DNA of 64,000 nucleotides from Thermoplasmata archaeon (GTDB lineage Archaea; Thermoplasmatota; Thermoplasmata; Lutacidiplasmatales; UBA184). The first letter of the stretch is position 1, and every line of letters starts with the position of its first letter. Shown one piece after another: positions 26,491 to 36,458 of the stretch. Under the pieces are notes generated by a model. It had not been told where the DNA came from. It did not search any database and saw nothing but the letters and a program-made list of their open reading frames with translations. The stretch is from contig JBAUAJ010000102.1 of assembly GCA_049675585.1 (NCBI GenBank), positions 109 to 64,108 on the forward strand. The letters run 5' to 3'. Both the position numbers and the translations under genes were made by a program.

Positions 26491-27354
26491 TCACAGCGCC
26501 AGGACCAGGGGGAGCAACAGACTCGCTCCGACCGTAAGTACAAGCCCGCTGGCGAGCGCAAGACTCCCCGCCTGGGAATCTCCGTAACGGGTCACAAAGT
26601 AGAGTGTCGTGTCCATCGACGTGGCGCCCCCCAGAGCGGTGAGGCCCTCGCCGCGCAGGCGCCGGCCGAGCAGGGGCGCGGTGAGCATGGTAAGGTCCTC
26701 CCGCAGAAAATTCGTCAAGAACGCGAGCAGGCCAAGCGCCGGGCCCGCCCGTTCCGCCACCAGGGGGCCCGCCAGAGTGTACCAGCCGAAGGCCAGCGAG
26801 GTCGCAAGCGATGCCGGGAGTGCTGTCCCAACGACCGCAGAAAAGAGGAGAGCCGCCGAAACCGCCCCGGCGACCGCCGCCAGGATCGGGATCCAGGCCC
26901 GGCGTACGCTTTCCCAACTCAACTGGAGACCGAAGGCGACCAGAGCGAGCAGAGCGTAGAGCGCCCAAGGGATCCCCGCGGCGAACGGTACCTCCAGCAG
27001 CCGGCCGATCGCGTACCCCAGGAGCAGGGCGGCGAGAAGGGCGATGGAGATCGGAACGCGGGGGGTGGAGCCGCTCGGGGGCCCGGCCCCGGGCGTGGCC
27101 ATCCGGGCTCGCGAGATCAGAAGGTACGCTCCGGCCGTCAGCCCCAGGATCAAGGCGGCGAACACTGCGGCGAGGGGGAGGGTTCGGGCGAGCTCAAGGA
27201 CGGGAACGCTCGCCAGGGACGCCCCGAGGAGCCCGACCAGCACGAGGATCGTTGCGAACGTGGCTCGCCCGACCCAGGGTCCGGGGACGCGAACGAACCG
27301 GCCGACGATAAAGCCGGCCCCGAACGCCACGTAGAGAAACGGGTCGAACGCCAC
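26491..27354 (-). CDS. Polytopic membrane protein (tentatively DUF340/LysO-like)
   Basis: Eight or so hydrophobic segments in a two-half arrangement. The family call is tentative. Confidence 0.5.
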   Translation of the reverse strand: MAFDPFLYVAFGAGFIVGRFVRVPGPWVGRATFATILVLVGLLGASLASVPVLELARTLPLAAVFAALILGLTAGAYLLISRARMATPGAGPPSGSTPRVPISIALLAALLLGYAIGRLLEVPFAAGIPWALYALLALVAFGLQLSWESVRRAWIPILAAVAGAVSAALLFSAVVGTALPASLATSLAFGWYTLAGPLVAERAGPALGLLAFLTNFLREDLTMLTAPLLGRRLRGEGLTALGGATSMDTTLYFVTRYGDSQAGSLALASGLVLTVGASLLLPLVLAL

Positions 27355-27360
27355 GGGCGG

Positions 27361-28701
27361 TTAGCCCGGCCACGCGGAGAGGCCGCCGCGAGAACCGAGA
27401 TTCAAACCGGGGTCGAGCCGGACGGTGTCCTCCCGCCGGGCGCCGTACCCGACGAACCCCACGGGAACCTCGATCTCGGCCGATATGTGCCCGAGGTATT
27501 CGCGCAGCGTGCTCGGCAGGGCCGAGGCTCCTTCGCGCCGCAGGCGCTCCTTCTGGCGTTCGTGGATCTCGGGCCAGCCGGGGAGGCGTTCGTAGACCGG
27601 TATCGCGCGGGCGAGATCGTCCGCGTTGGTGGGAAGTATGTTCCGCACGGTCGATCCGTCCGGCATGACATACTGCGAGCAGACCGAGACCTCCTCCAGC
27701 CCCCCGAGGACGTCGACCTTGGTGACCGCGAGCGACGTGAAACCGTTGAGACGCGCCGCGTAGCGCAACAGGACGAGGTCGAGCCAGCCGCAGCGTCGGG
27801 CGCGACCGGTGGTTGCTCCACGCTCCCCTCCGACCCGGCGGAGGAACTCCCCGACCTCTCCGGAATCCTCGGTGGGGAACGGCCCGGCGCCGACCCGAGT
27901 CGTGTACGCCTTCGTCACGCCGATCACGGAGTCGACCTCGGTCGGCGCGATCCCGCTCCCGACCAGCGCGCCCGCGCTGGTCGGATGGGAGCTGGTCACG
28001 AACGGGTAAGTCCCGAAGTCGATGTCGAGCAGGGCGCTTTGCGCGCCTTCGAGGATCACCCGTTCGCCGCGAGCCAGCGCATCCCAGAGGAGCGGCTCGG
28101 TCGAGCGGACGTGCGGGGCGAGCCGGCCGCCGACCTCCGCGAGGCGAGCCGTCAGCTCGTCGACGGGCGGCAGATTCGACAGGTGCGATTTCGTCGCGTA
28201 CAGGAGATCGAGCTGGTCCCGCAGCGTCGCCGGACGCAGAAGGTCCGCGATGCGTAGCCCCGTCCGGGCGGCACGGTCCGCGTACGCCGGGCCGATCCCC
28301 CGCCGGGTGGTGCCCAGCGCAACGGCCCCCTTCTGCCGGGAACGGAGATCGTCCTCCCAGGCATCTTCGATCTCATGGATGGGCAGGATCGCGTGCGCGC
28401 GGTCGGAGATGACGACCTCGCCCCGGAGCAAGCCCCGACGCTCCAGGTCGAGGATCTCCTCCTCCAACGAGATCGGGTTGATCACCATCCCCGGCCCGCT
28501 GACCCCGGTGACCCCGTGTCGGAGGACCCCGCACGCGAGCTGGTGGAGCACGACGACGCCTTCGGGAAGATGGATCGAGTGGCCGGCGTTCGGTCCGCCC
28601 CCGGTGCGGACGACATAGCGGGCGTCGGCCGCCAGGTAGTCGGTGATCTTCCCCTTCGCTTCGTCCCCGAACTGCGCCCCGACGACCACGCAGACGGTCA
28701 A
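27361..28701 (-). CDS. purA: Adenylosuccinate synthetase
   Basis: VVVGAQFGDEAKGKITDYL P-loop, GGPNAGHS, TTRRGIGPAY, TKVDVL. The start is probably TTG at 28701 or GTG at 28689. The longer track ORF (to 28803) adds a non-homologous leader. Confidence 0.9.
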   Translation of the reverse strand: MTVCVVVGAQFGDEAKGKITDYLAADARYVVRTGGGPNAGHSIHLPEGVVVLHQLACGVLRHGVTGVSGPGMVINPISLEEEILDLERRGLLRGEVVISDRAHAILPIHEIEDAWEDDLRSRQKGAVALGTTRRGIGPAYADRAARTGLRIADLLRPATLRDQLDLLYATKSHLSNLPPVDELTARLAEVGGRLAPHVRSTEPLLWDALARGERVILEGAQSALLDIDFGTYPFVTSSHPTSAGALVGSGIAPTEVDSVIGVTKAYTTRVGAGPFPTEDSGEVGEFLRRVGGERGATTGRARRCGWLDLVLLRYAARLNGFTSLAVTKVDVLGGLEEVSVCSQYVMPDGSTVRNILPTNADDLARAIPVYERLPGWPEIHERQKERLRREGASALPSTLREYLGHISAEIEVPVGFVGYGARREDTVRLDPGLNLGSRGGLSAWPG

Positions 28702-28835
28702 GCTTCGAAACCTCCCCAATCGCCGGGTCGAACGGGGATAAAAGGGTCCCCACCGTGCGACGAGTTCGCAGTCGTTCGAGCCGCATTCCGGCGAGCGCCA
28801 CAACCATCAAGAAGGGACCCGTGGTCGTCGCCTGA

Positions 28836-29975
28836 ATGGTCGCCGAGCGCACGCGAGAGGTCGAGATCTCGGGCATCCGCAAGATGTTCGAGGCCGCGCC
28901 TCCGAATTCGATCAACCTCGGGCTCGGTGAGCCGGATTTCAATCCGCCGGCGGCGGTCGTCGAGGCGCTCTGCCGCGCCGTGCGCGGGGGGATGAACCAT
29001 TACGGCCCGTCCGCGGGGATCCCGGCCCTGCGGGAGAAGGTCTCGGAGCGCTACCGCGACCGGGACCCCGCGACCTCCCGGGAGAATGTGATCATCACCG
29101 GGAGCGGCACCGAGGGGCTGATGGCGACGGCGCTGGCGCTCTACGACCCCGGCGATGAGATCCTCGTGCCGAACCCCGGGTTCGTGCTGTATGGTCCCCA
29201 CGCCCGATTGGTCGGCGCCGTGCCGGTGCCGTACTCGCTGCCCGAGGAGGACGGCTTCCTGCCCGATCCGGACGAGCTCGAGAACCTCGTCACCTCTCGG
29301 ACGCGGGCGATCGTCGTCAACAGTCCCTCGAATCCCACCGGGGCCGTCTTCCCGAAGGCGATGGTCGATCGGATCGTCGCGTTCGCCGACCGGCACGACC
29401 TCACGATCGTCTCCGACGAGGTCTACGAGGAGATCACCTACGACCGCCCGGCCACCTCGTTCTGGGGCCGGTGCGACCGGGTCGTGATCGTGAACTCGTT
29501 CTCGAAGACCCTCGCGATGACCGGCTGGAGGATCGGTTTCCTGGTCGCCCCGCGACCGCTCGCGGTGGAGCTGAACAAGATGCACTACCATCTGATGGCG
29601 TGCCCGCCGACGCCCGCCCAGCTCGCCGTGCTCGTGGGCCTCGAGTCGAATGGCGCAACCCGGAAGATGGTCGCGGAGTTCCGGGCGCGGCGCGAGATCG
29701 TAGTCCGTCTCCTCTCCAAGATCCCGGGGCTCTCGGTCGTTCCGCCGTCGGGCGCGTTCTATGCGTTCCCCCGATTCGATTGGCGCTCCTCGGCCACCGA
29801 CGTCGCCTCGGCGCTGCTTCAGCGCGGTGTGATCACCACACCGGGAGACGCGTTTGGGTCCCGCGGAACCTCCCACCTGCGCCTATCGTTCGCGGCGTCG
29901 CGATCCGACCTGAGGAAGGGGATCGCGGCGCTCGATCGCCTGGGCCGGTCGCTTTCCGGAACGTCCCCGTCCTGA
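28836..29975 (+). CDS. Class I/II pyridoxal-phosphate aminotransferase (aspartate aminotransferase-like)
   Basis: INLGLGEPDF, VNSPSNPTG, NSFSKTLAMTGWRIGF (PLP lysine context). Confidence 0.85.
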   Translation: MVAERTREVEISGIRKMFEAAPPNSINLGLGEPDFNPPAAVVEALCRAVRGGMNHYGPSAGIPALREKVSERYRDRDPATSRENVIITGSGTEGLMATALALYDPGDEILVPNPGFVLYGPHARLVGAVPVPYSLPEEDGFLPDPDELENLVTSRTRAIVVNSPSNPTGAVFPKAMVDRIVAFADRHDLTIVSDEVYEEITYDRPATSFWGRCDRVVIVNSFSKTLAMTGWRIGFLVAPRPLAVELNKMHYHLMACPPTPAQLAVLVGLESNGATRKMVAEFRARREIVVRLLSKIPGLSVVPPSGAFYAFPRFDWRSSATDVASALLQRGVITTPGDAFGSRGTSHLRLSFAASRSDLRKGIAALDRLGRSLSGTSPS

Positions 29976-30003
29976 GCGCGTCCCGCCCCCGCTTCCGTGG
30001 GGT

Positions 30004-31164
30004 TCAACCCCCGAGGAGCTCCCGGTAGAGATCCCGGTGGCGACGGACCGCTTCCGTCCATGAGAACGCCGCGGCTCGTTCACGGCCGCGGGCGGTGAGC
30101 CGGTGCGTGGTCTCGGGATCTCCGAGCACCGCCCGCAGAGCCTCGGCGAGGCGATCCGGGATACCGTACGGAACGAGACGGCCCGATCGTCCGCCTTCCA
30201 AGACCTCCGGCATTCCGCCGATCTCGGTAGCGATCACCGGGGTCCCGGCCGCCATCGCCTCGAGGAGGACGATGCCGAACGCTTCCCACTCGGACGGCAG
30301 GACCACGGCGGTCGCGCGCCGAACCGCGAAGCGCCACTCCGGACGATCGGGTCCGGGTACCAGCCACCGGATCTCCCCGGCGAGCCCCAGTCGGCGAGCC
30401 TGCTCCTCGAGGGCCCCCCGTTCGCCCCACTCGGGCCCCATCAGGACGAGCGGGAGTCGCTCTCCGGCGGGGACTCGGGCGAGCGCATCCAGCAGGAACG
30501 GGAGCCCCTTGTTCGATGCGATCCGCCCAGTGAAGAGGAAGTATTGCTCCGGCAGCGGCACCGGGGGAGCCCGGTCGCCCGCCGGGTCGGCCCACTCGGC
30601 GAGGTCGATCCCAGGCGGGATCACCCGGATCCGGTCGGGCGGGGCGAACTCCCGGACGAGCCGGGCCTCGAGCTCGGTCTCGACGATGAGCGCGGCGGCG
30701 TGTCGGTAGGCGGTCATACCGAACACGGCGTCTTCGACTCGAAGGAGTCCCCGCTTGAGCGGTGGCTCTCGCCGGTCGGCCGGATGGTAGTGGGTCGAGA
30801 CCACGAGCGGGATCGATCGACGACGAGCGACGGCCGCCGCCTGCAGCACATGCCCGTACCGGTGGGAGTGCGCATGGATGACGTCCGCCCGACTGTCGGC
30901 GAGCGCGTCCACCAGACCGACCATCATCGGAAGGGAAAGCCGCGGCATCACCGAGCGACGGATCGCCCGGAACCGATGCACGGGGATCCCGTCGACCGAC
31001 GGACGAAAGGCGTCGCCCCGACGCCAGGCCGGTTCGTCGACCAGGTCGCTCGCGTAGACGTGGGCATCGTCCCCCGCGGCGCGCAGCCCCCGGGAGATCT
31101 CGCGGACGGTCGTCTCGACCCCGCCCGGCGAATCAAATCGAAGCGAAACCTGGGCTACCCTCAC
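30004..31164 (-). CDS. GT4-family glycosyltransferase (paralogue 3)
   Basis: VRVAQVSLRFDSPGGVETTV ... ADVIHAHSHRYGHVLQAAAV ... PSEWEAFGIVLLEAMAAGTPVIAT. GTG at 31164 is chosen by analogy with the paralogues. Confidence 0.8.
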   Translation of the reverse strand: MRVAQVSLRFDSPGGVETTVREISRGLRAAGDDAHVYASDLVDEPAWRRGDAFRPSVDGIPVHRFRAIRRSVMPRLSLPMMVGLVDALADSRADVIHAHSHRYGHVLQAAAVARRRSIPLVVSTHYHPADRREPPLKRGLLRVEDAVFGMTAYRHAAALIVETELEARLVREFAPPDRIRVIPPGIDLAEWADPAGDRAPPVPLPEQYFLFTGRIASNKGLPFLLDALARVPAGERLPLVLMGPEWGERGALEEQARRLGLAGEIRWLVPGPDRPEWRFAVRRATAVVLPSEWEAFGIVLLEAMAAGTPVIATEIGGMPEVLEGGRSGRLVPYGIPDRLAEALRAVLGDPETTHRLTARGRERAAAFSWTEAVRRHRDLYRELLGG

Positions 31165-31474
31165 GTTGCTCCGTCGTACGCTGCCGCGGATCGTCGCGGT
31201 CCGTTCGGGGGCGCGTTGGGCCGGTACGCCGGCCGATCGCGCCGCCCCCACTGCGGCGCCGCCGATACCCGGCAGGCCGGGTCATGAAGGCGGAGCTAAT
31301 GAGATGTACATGGGGGCCATCGGTCCCGGTGCCACGGGGAGGGGACGACGATCGAATGCTGCTCGGAGTGCTGGGCCGCGTGATGTGCGCCCTGGGCCGA
31401 CTCCGCGCCGGCGAGGAAGGTCGGGACCTCTTTCACGTGGGCGAGGAGCTGATCCGACTCGATCGCTCTCCGCC

Positions 31475-32632
31475 TCACCCGCGGACGACCTCTCGATAAA
31501 GGGCGCGGAACCGCTCCGCGGAGACGGACCAGTCCAGCTGTTGAACGTGGTGCCAGCCCGCCTCCGCGCGAGCGAGGGCCCCCGAAGGATCGTCGAGGAT
31601 CGAACGGATCGCGGCGCGCATCGCGCCCGCGTCGCCGTACGGCACGAGGAGGCCGCGCTCCCCCTGGCCGAGCACCTCCGGGACGGCGCCGATCGCCGTG
31701 GCGACGATCGGGGTCCGTGCCGCCATCGCTTCGAGCAGCACGAATCCGTACGCCTCCCATTCGGACGGCAGGACGAACCCGAGCGCGCCCCGGAACACCG
31801 CGCGGTAGGCGCCCCGATCGGGCACGTGGCCGAGCCACCGCACGCGATCGGAGATCCCCCGGTCGGCGGCGAGCCGTTCGAGCGAAGCGCGCTCCCCCCA
31901 ATCCGCGCCCATCAGGACAAGGGGCAGCGGAGGTGTCGCCGGTAAACCCGCCCATGCCTCGAGGAGGTTCGCCAGCCCCTTGTTGGAGGCGATGCGCCCG
32001 GCGTAGAGGAAGTATTTTTCGGGGAGAGCGAGCCCATCGGCCCGGTCCTGCGCGGGGTGGTTCCACTCGTCTAGGTCGACACCCGGCGGGACGATCCGCA
32101 CTCGGTCCGCCGGGGCGAACTCGCCGAGCAGGCGGGCCTCGAGCTCCGACTGGACCACGATCGCCCGCGCCGTTCGATAGGCCGTCGCTCCGAAGGCGAA
32201 GTCGTCGAGGCGCAGGATCTGTCGGTTGCGCCAGGACTCCCGTCGGTCCGCCGGATGGTACGACGTCGAGACGACGAGCGGTATCCCGCGCCGCGCCGAC
32301 ACCGCCGCCGCTTGCAGGACGTGGCCGTAGCGGTGGGAGTGGGCGTGGATGACGTCCGCCCCGCTGTCGGCGAGCGCATCGATCAGGCCGACCATGAGCG
32401 GGAGGGTGAGGTGCGGCACCAGTCGCTTGCGTACGGCGAATCGTCGCACGGGGACCCCATCGACCTCCGGCCGGTAGTTGTTGCGCCGGTCCCACCCCGC
32501 CTCGTCGTAGAGGTCGCTCGCGAACACTTCGACCTCCTCCCCCGCGGCTTTCAGTCGCCGCGAGAGCTCGCGCACGTTCGTTTCGACGCCGCCGGGCGCG
32601 TCGAAGCGCAGGGTCACGTGAACGATCTTCAC
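31475..32632 (-). CDS. GT4-family glycosyltransferase (paralogue 2)
   Basis: VKIVHVTLRFDAPGGVETNV ... ADVIHAHSHRYGHVLQAAAV ... PSEWEAYGFVLLEAMAARTPIVAT. The GTG start overlaps the upstream stop (GTGA at 32629-32632). The rest of track ORF 31475..33670 is an out-of-frame artefact. Confidence 0.8.
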   Translation of the reverse strand: MKIVHVTLRFDAPGGVETNVRELSRRLKAAGEEVEVFASDLYDEAGWDRRNNYRPEVDGVPVRRFAVRKRLVPHLTLPLMVGLIDALADSGADVIHAHSHRYGHVLQAAAVSARRGIPLVVSTSYHPADRRESWRNRQILRLDDFAFGATAYRTARAIVVQSELEARLLGEFAPADRVRIVPPGVDLDEWNHPAQDRADGLALPEKYFLYAGRIASNKGLANLLEAWAGLPATPPLPLVLMGADWGERASLERLAADRGISDRVRWLGHVPDRGAYRAVFRGALGFVLPSEWEAYGFVLLEAMAARTPIVATAIGAVPEVLGQGERGLLVPYGDAGAMRAAIRSILDDPSGALARAEAGWHHVQQLDWSVSAERFRALYREVVRG

Positions 32633-33810
32633 CGGGTGAGGACCTCCGCGTAGAGCGCATCGATCCGGCCCGCGATCTCGTCCCAGGCGAACCGAGGCAC
32701 GACCTCCCGACGGCCGCATTCGCCGAGCTGTCGTGCGAGCGCCCCATCGGACCAGAGTCGCTCGATCGCGCCGGCCAGGGCCGACCGGTCCCCCGGCGGC
32801 ACGAGCAGGCCGGACCTCCCGTCCTCCACGAACTCGGGGATCCCACCGACCCGCGACGCGATCACCGGAGTTCCCTGGGACATCGACTCGAGGAGCACGA
32901 GGCCGAACGCCTCGTACTCGCTCGGCAGCACCGTCGCGCGCGCCTCGCGATACAACGCGGCGAGGTCGGCATCGCTTTCCACGTACCCGACGCGGTGGAC
33001 CTGGGGCGCGATCCCGAGCGAGCCGACCCGCGCGTCCCACCGCGCTGCCATGCCCCCGTCGGCCCCGACGAGGAGGAGATGCGCCGACCGATCGCGACGT
33101 GCGAGGGGTGCGAAGGCGTCGGCGAGTTCTAGCAGACCCTTGTTGGAGGCGAGCCGGCCGACGAACAGAAGGAACGGCCCCTCGATCCCCCAGCGGTCCC
33201 GGGCGACCGTCGATCCGACCGACGCCGGGGGCAGGGGCGTGTACCCGGGCGGAATGATCGCGAGCGGGGGAAGTGGTAGGCGGAGCGACCGGAGCAACCG
33301 CTCCTCCTCGTGCGTCTGCACGATGATCCGAGCGGCGCTCTCTACGACCGGCCCTGCGAGCCGGCGATCGTAGAACCCGCGTATCCGATGGCGAAGCCAG
33401 CCCCCCTCGATCGACCAGATCGGGTGGAAGTGGGCGGTCAGCACGAACGGCGTGCCGGTCCGCCGGGTGTGACGGCGCGCGACCGCGACCTGGTTCGTGC
33501 CGTACGTGTGGGCGTGGACGATCTCGGGGCGGCTCTTCGCCAGGGCCCCGTCCAGGCCGCGAAAGAACGTGTAGTGCAGCTCGCCCGGCAGGGACCAGAC
33601 CGGCAGTCGGTGGATCGAGCCGAACGGCGGAGACTCCTCGCGGGGCACCTCGGGTCCGAGCCGTTGCCACGGGAACTCGCGGTAGAGGTCGCTCGTGAAG
33701 ATGTCGAGCGTGTGGCCCCGGGCGGCGAGCCGGGGGACGAGCTCGCCCACGTGCCGTTCGACGCCCCCGGGGGCGGGCGGATACCGCGTCGTGAGCTGGG
33801 CGACCCGCAC
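32629..33810 (-). CDS. GT4-family glycosyltransferase (paralogue 1)
   Basis: MRVAQLTTRYPPAPGGVERHV ... PSEYEAFGLVLLESMSQGTPVIAS. Confidence 0.8.
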   Translation of the reverse strand: MRVAQLTTRYPPAPGGVERHVGELVPRLAARGHTLDIFTSDLYREFPWQRLGPEVPREESPPFGSIHRLPVWSLPGELHYTFFRGLDGALAKSRPEIVHAHTYGTNQVAVARRHTRRTGTPFVLTAHFHPIWSIEGGWLRHRIRGFYDRRLAGPVVESAARIIVQTHEEERLLRSLRLPLPPLAIIPPGYTPLPPASVGSTVARDRWGIEGPFLLFVGRLASNKGLLELADAFAPLARRDRSAHLLLVGADGGMAARWDARVGSLGIAPQVHRVGYVESDADLAALYREARATVLPSEYEAFGLVLLESMSQGTPVIASRVGGIPEFVEDGRSGLLVPPGDRSALAGAIERLWSDGALARQLGECGRREVVPRFAWDEIAGRIDALYAEVLTR

Positions 33811-33865
33811 ACCGGGCGGCTACCCGCCGGGTTACTTGATGGCGCGGGAGGACGGCTCGGGCCGA

Positions 33866-34945
33866 CTAGGAGGAGGCGCGCGCGCTCGCGAGGCGCTGGG
33901 CGTACTTCTTGTACACCTCGGTCGCCCGCGCGACCGCCTCGGTCTTCACGTACTCGTTCGCCTGGTGCGAGAGCTCCTCCTCGCCGGCGCCGAAGATGAC
34001 GACCCGTGGGTTCACCTGAGAGTAGTGGACCGCTTCCGAGGCATGGACGAGCACCGTCGGCTCGGCCTGCGCGACCTCCCGCAGCAGGCGGACGTGCTCC
34101 GAGTTCGGGTCGATCTGGACGGCGGGCATCGTCAGGATGCGCCGCAGCGTGAACGGCGTCTTGATCCGGCGCAGGTGCTCTTCGATCTCGTGGTAGAGCT
34201 GGTCGGGGGTGTACGGCGGAGGGAACCGGATGTCGACCTCGCTCGTGCACTTGTTCGGCACGACGTTGAGCCGGCTGCCGCCGCTGAACGTCCCGATGTT
34301 GAGCGTCACCGAGCCGAGTTCGGGGTGGGCGATCCGCCCCTTGAACGACTCGAGGCCCCGGAGGATCCGCATCATCTTCGAGATCGCGTTCTCGCCCAAG
34401 TGCGGCATCGCGCCGTGCGCCGCCTTCCCGCGGGTCTCGATGGCGAGGTCGAGCACGCCTTTCTCCGCGTAGGCGACCCGGAGGCCGGTCGGCTCGCCGA
34501 CGACGACCGCCTTGGCGCGGCGCAGAGGCAGCGTCTTCGCGAGCGCCGTGGCGCCCTGCATCGATGTCTCTTCGTCGGTCGTCAGGGCGAGGACGACGGG
34601 GATCTTCCGGGCGACCAGGTCCTGGGCGGCCTCGAGCATGGCGACGACCGTCCCTTTCATGTCCGCGGCGCCGCGGCCGTACATCCGGCCCGAGGCGAGC
34701 TGGCTCTGCGAGAAGCTCCAATAATCCCCGATCGGCGGCGTGTCGAGGTGCCCGGAGAGGACGACCCCGCCCTGGCCGAACTCCGCGAGCAGCGCCGGGG
34801 CGTGCGGATCGCCGAACAGCGTGTTGCGCATCCGGATCTGGTCCGTGAACGACTGGACGTAGTCGAGCACCTCCTGCTTGTCGGCGAACGGATCGCTGGG
34901 GATCTTGATCAGCTCGGCGAGCATCTCCACCATCTGGCGTTTCAT
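33866..34945 (-). CDS. M20-family metallopeptidase (ArgE/DapE-like deacylase)
   Basis: LSGHLDTPP, GRGAADMKG, TTDEETS, GEPTG, AHGAMPHLGENAI. The start is the internal ATG (CAT at 34943-34945). Confidence 0.85.
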   Translation of the reverse strand: MKRQMVEMLAELIKIPSDPFADKQEVLDYVQSFTDQIRMRNTLFGDPHAPALLAEFGQGGVVLSGHLDTPPIGDYWSFSQSQLASGRMYGRGAADMKGTVVAMLEAAQDLVARKIPVVLALTTDEETSMQGATALAKTLPLRRAKAVVVGEPTGLRVAYAEKGVLDLAIETRGKAAHGAMPHLGENAISKMMRILRGLESFKGRIAHPELGSVTLNIGTFSGGSRLNVVPNKCTSEVDIRFPPPYTPDQLYHEIEEHLRRIKTPFTLRRILTMPAVQIDPNSEHVRLLREVAQAEPTVLVHASEAVHYSQVNPRVVIFGAGEEELSHQANEYVKTEAVARATEVYKKYAQRLASARASS

Positions 34946-35140
34946 ACGACTAGTATCCTCGTTCCGTTCGGTGGAAAATCCCGCGAACGAACGCTTCCAG
35001 CCGATAGCCCGGAAGTGACTTAATCGTTCGCCCGGCCCCGGCGGACCGCCGGAGAACTCCGCCGGAGCGCTCCCGGACGACTCCGCATCGAACCGAACTC
35101 GCTTAAGCCCCCCCGGACTCCGACCCGCGGAGGAGGGACG

Positions 35141-35923
35141 ATGGCGGAGAGCCCGACGGTGCGGATCGTCGACACTCGCGAGGAGTCGCTGCGCGGCGCC
35201 ATGGTCGTGGTCGGCTTCCCGACGCACGGGCTCGTCGGCTCCGTCGCGGCGAGCTACCTCGTGCATTCGCTCGACATGTCGCTGGTCGCCTACATGATCT
35301 CGGAAGAGTTCCCGCCGACCGTCATCATGGAGGAGGGGGTCGTGAGCGCCCCCGTCCGGCTCTACGCGAGCAAGCTCGTCTGCGGCGTCGACCGATCGTG
35401 CGACCAGCTCGTCGTCGTGATCGCCGACATCCAGCCCCCCGTATCGATGCTCAACCAGCTCGGCCGCGTACTTCTCGACTGGGCCGAGGCGAAGGGGGTC
35501 CAGCTGATCGTGGCGATCGAGGGCCAGCCGATCGAGAAGGAGTCCGCCCGGGGGGACGCCCGCGTGGTCGCGATGGCGAACCGTGCGGCGGCCCCGCTCC
35601 TCGAGAAGTATCGGTTCCAGGCGGCGAACGGGGTCGTGACGGGGCTCGCGGGCGGCCTGCTCCTCGGCGCGATCGGCCGCACCACGCCCGTGCTCTGCTT
35701 GGTAGCCCAGGCGCACAAGGATTACCCGGACGCCCGGGCGGCCGCCAAGGTGATCGAGACGGTGAACCCGCTCGTTCCGCTCCTCGTCCTCGACACGAAG
35801 CCGTTGCGCGAGAAGGCGCGTCAGATCGAGTCGGAGGTCCGCAAGACCCTCCAAGAGACCCGAGAGTCGATGTCCCGTATGCGGGCGGCGGAGCCCGAAG
35901 GGGCGGGTGAGATGTATCGCTGA
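35141..35923 (+). CDS. PAC2-family proteasome assembly chaperone-like protein
   Basis: GAMVVVGFPTHGLVGSVAASYLV ... FPPTVIMEEGV is the PAC2 pattern. Confidence 0.7.
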   Translation: MAESPTVRIVDTREESLRGAMVVVGFPTHGLVGSVAASYLVHSLDMSLVAYMISEEFPPTVIMEEGVVSAPVRLYASKLVCGVDRSCDQLVVVIADIQPPVSMLNQLGRVLLDWAEAKGVQLIVAIEGQPIEKESARGDARVVAMANRAAAPLLEKYRFQAANGVVTGLAGGLLLGAIGRTTPVLCLVAQAHKDYPDARAAAKVIETVNPLVPLLVLDTKPLREKARQIESEVRKTLQETRESMSRMRAAEPEGAGEMYR

Positions 35924-36410
35924 CACGGCGCCGAGCCGCTCCGAGGCTCCCGTACCGTCGGACCGTCCGCCCGTGACGCTGCGGGGATTCCTCTCCCTGG
36001 ACGTGCCGTTCATCGCGTCGATCGTCGAAGAGGCGCTGCACGAGCGCTACGACCCGTCGTTGTACGCCTCGCTCGGCATGGACTGGCCGGACGGGTTCCT
36101 GATCGCCGCCGACCCGGTCGGGGTCCCGGTGGGGTTCCTGCTCGGGGTCAGCCAGGTGCCGGGCGAGGCCCGCGTCTTGATGTTCGCGGTCGCGCGCGGA
36201 CACCGGGCGCAAGGCATCGGGGCGCGGCTGATGGACGCCTTCCTCGAACGGTGCCGCGGGCGCGGCTTCCGGCGCGTCACGCTCGAGGTGCGGGTGTCGA
36301 ACGCCACGGCGATCCGGTTCTACGCCCGCTACCAGTATTCTGTCACCGATCTCCTGCGCGCGTACTATTCCGACGGCGAGAATGGCTACCAGATGGCCCG
36401 CCCGGTGTGA
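35907..36410 (+). CDS. GNAT N-acetyltransferase (RimI/Ard1-like)
   Basis: MFAVARGHRAQGIGARLMDAFLERCRGRGFRRVTLEVRVSNATAIRFYARYQY contains the acetyl-CoA motif Q/RxxGxG/A. Confidence 0.7.
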   Translation: MRCIADTAPSRSEAPVPSDRPPVTLRGFLSLDVPFIASIVEEALHERYDPSLYASLGMDWPDGFLIAADPVGVPVGFLLGVSQVPGEARVLMFAVARGHRAQGIGARLMDAFLERCRGRGFRRVTLEVRVSNATAIRFYARYQYSVTDLLRAYYSDGENGYQMARPV

Positions 36411-36458
36411 GCCGCGCCCCCCGTAGGCGCTAAGACCTCCGGCTCGGGTGGCGACGCA

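Noticed and set aside
26221-28257. 678-aa + strand ORF
   Set aside because: It is antisense to the membrane-protein gene and purA, with a highly basic low-complexity translation.
28698-29876. 392-aa minus-strand ORF
   Set aside because: It is antisense to the aminotransferase gene, which has the PLP-lysine and SNPTG motifs.
30103-33670. Several long ORFs (30103..31287 +, 31296..32846 -, the N-terminal extension of 31475..33670 -, 33438..34721 -)
   Set aside because: They are out-of-frame or antisense to the three glycosyltransferase genes and the M20 peptidase. Their composition is Arg/Pro/Gly dominated.
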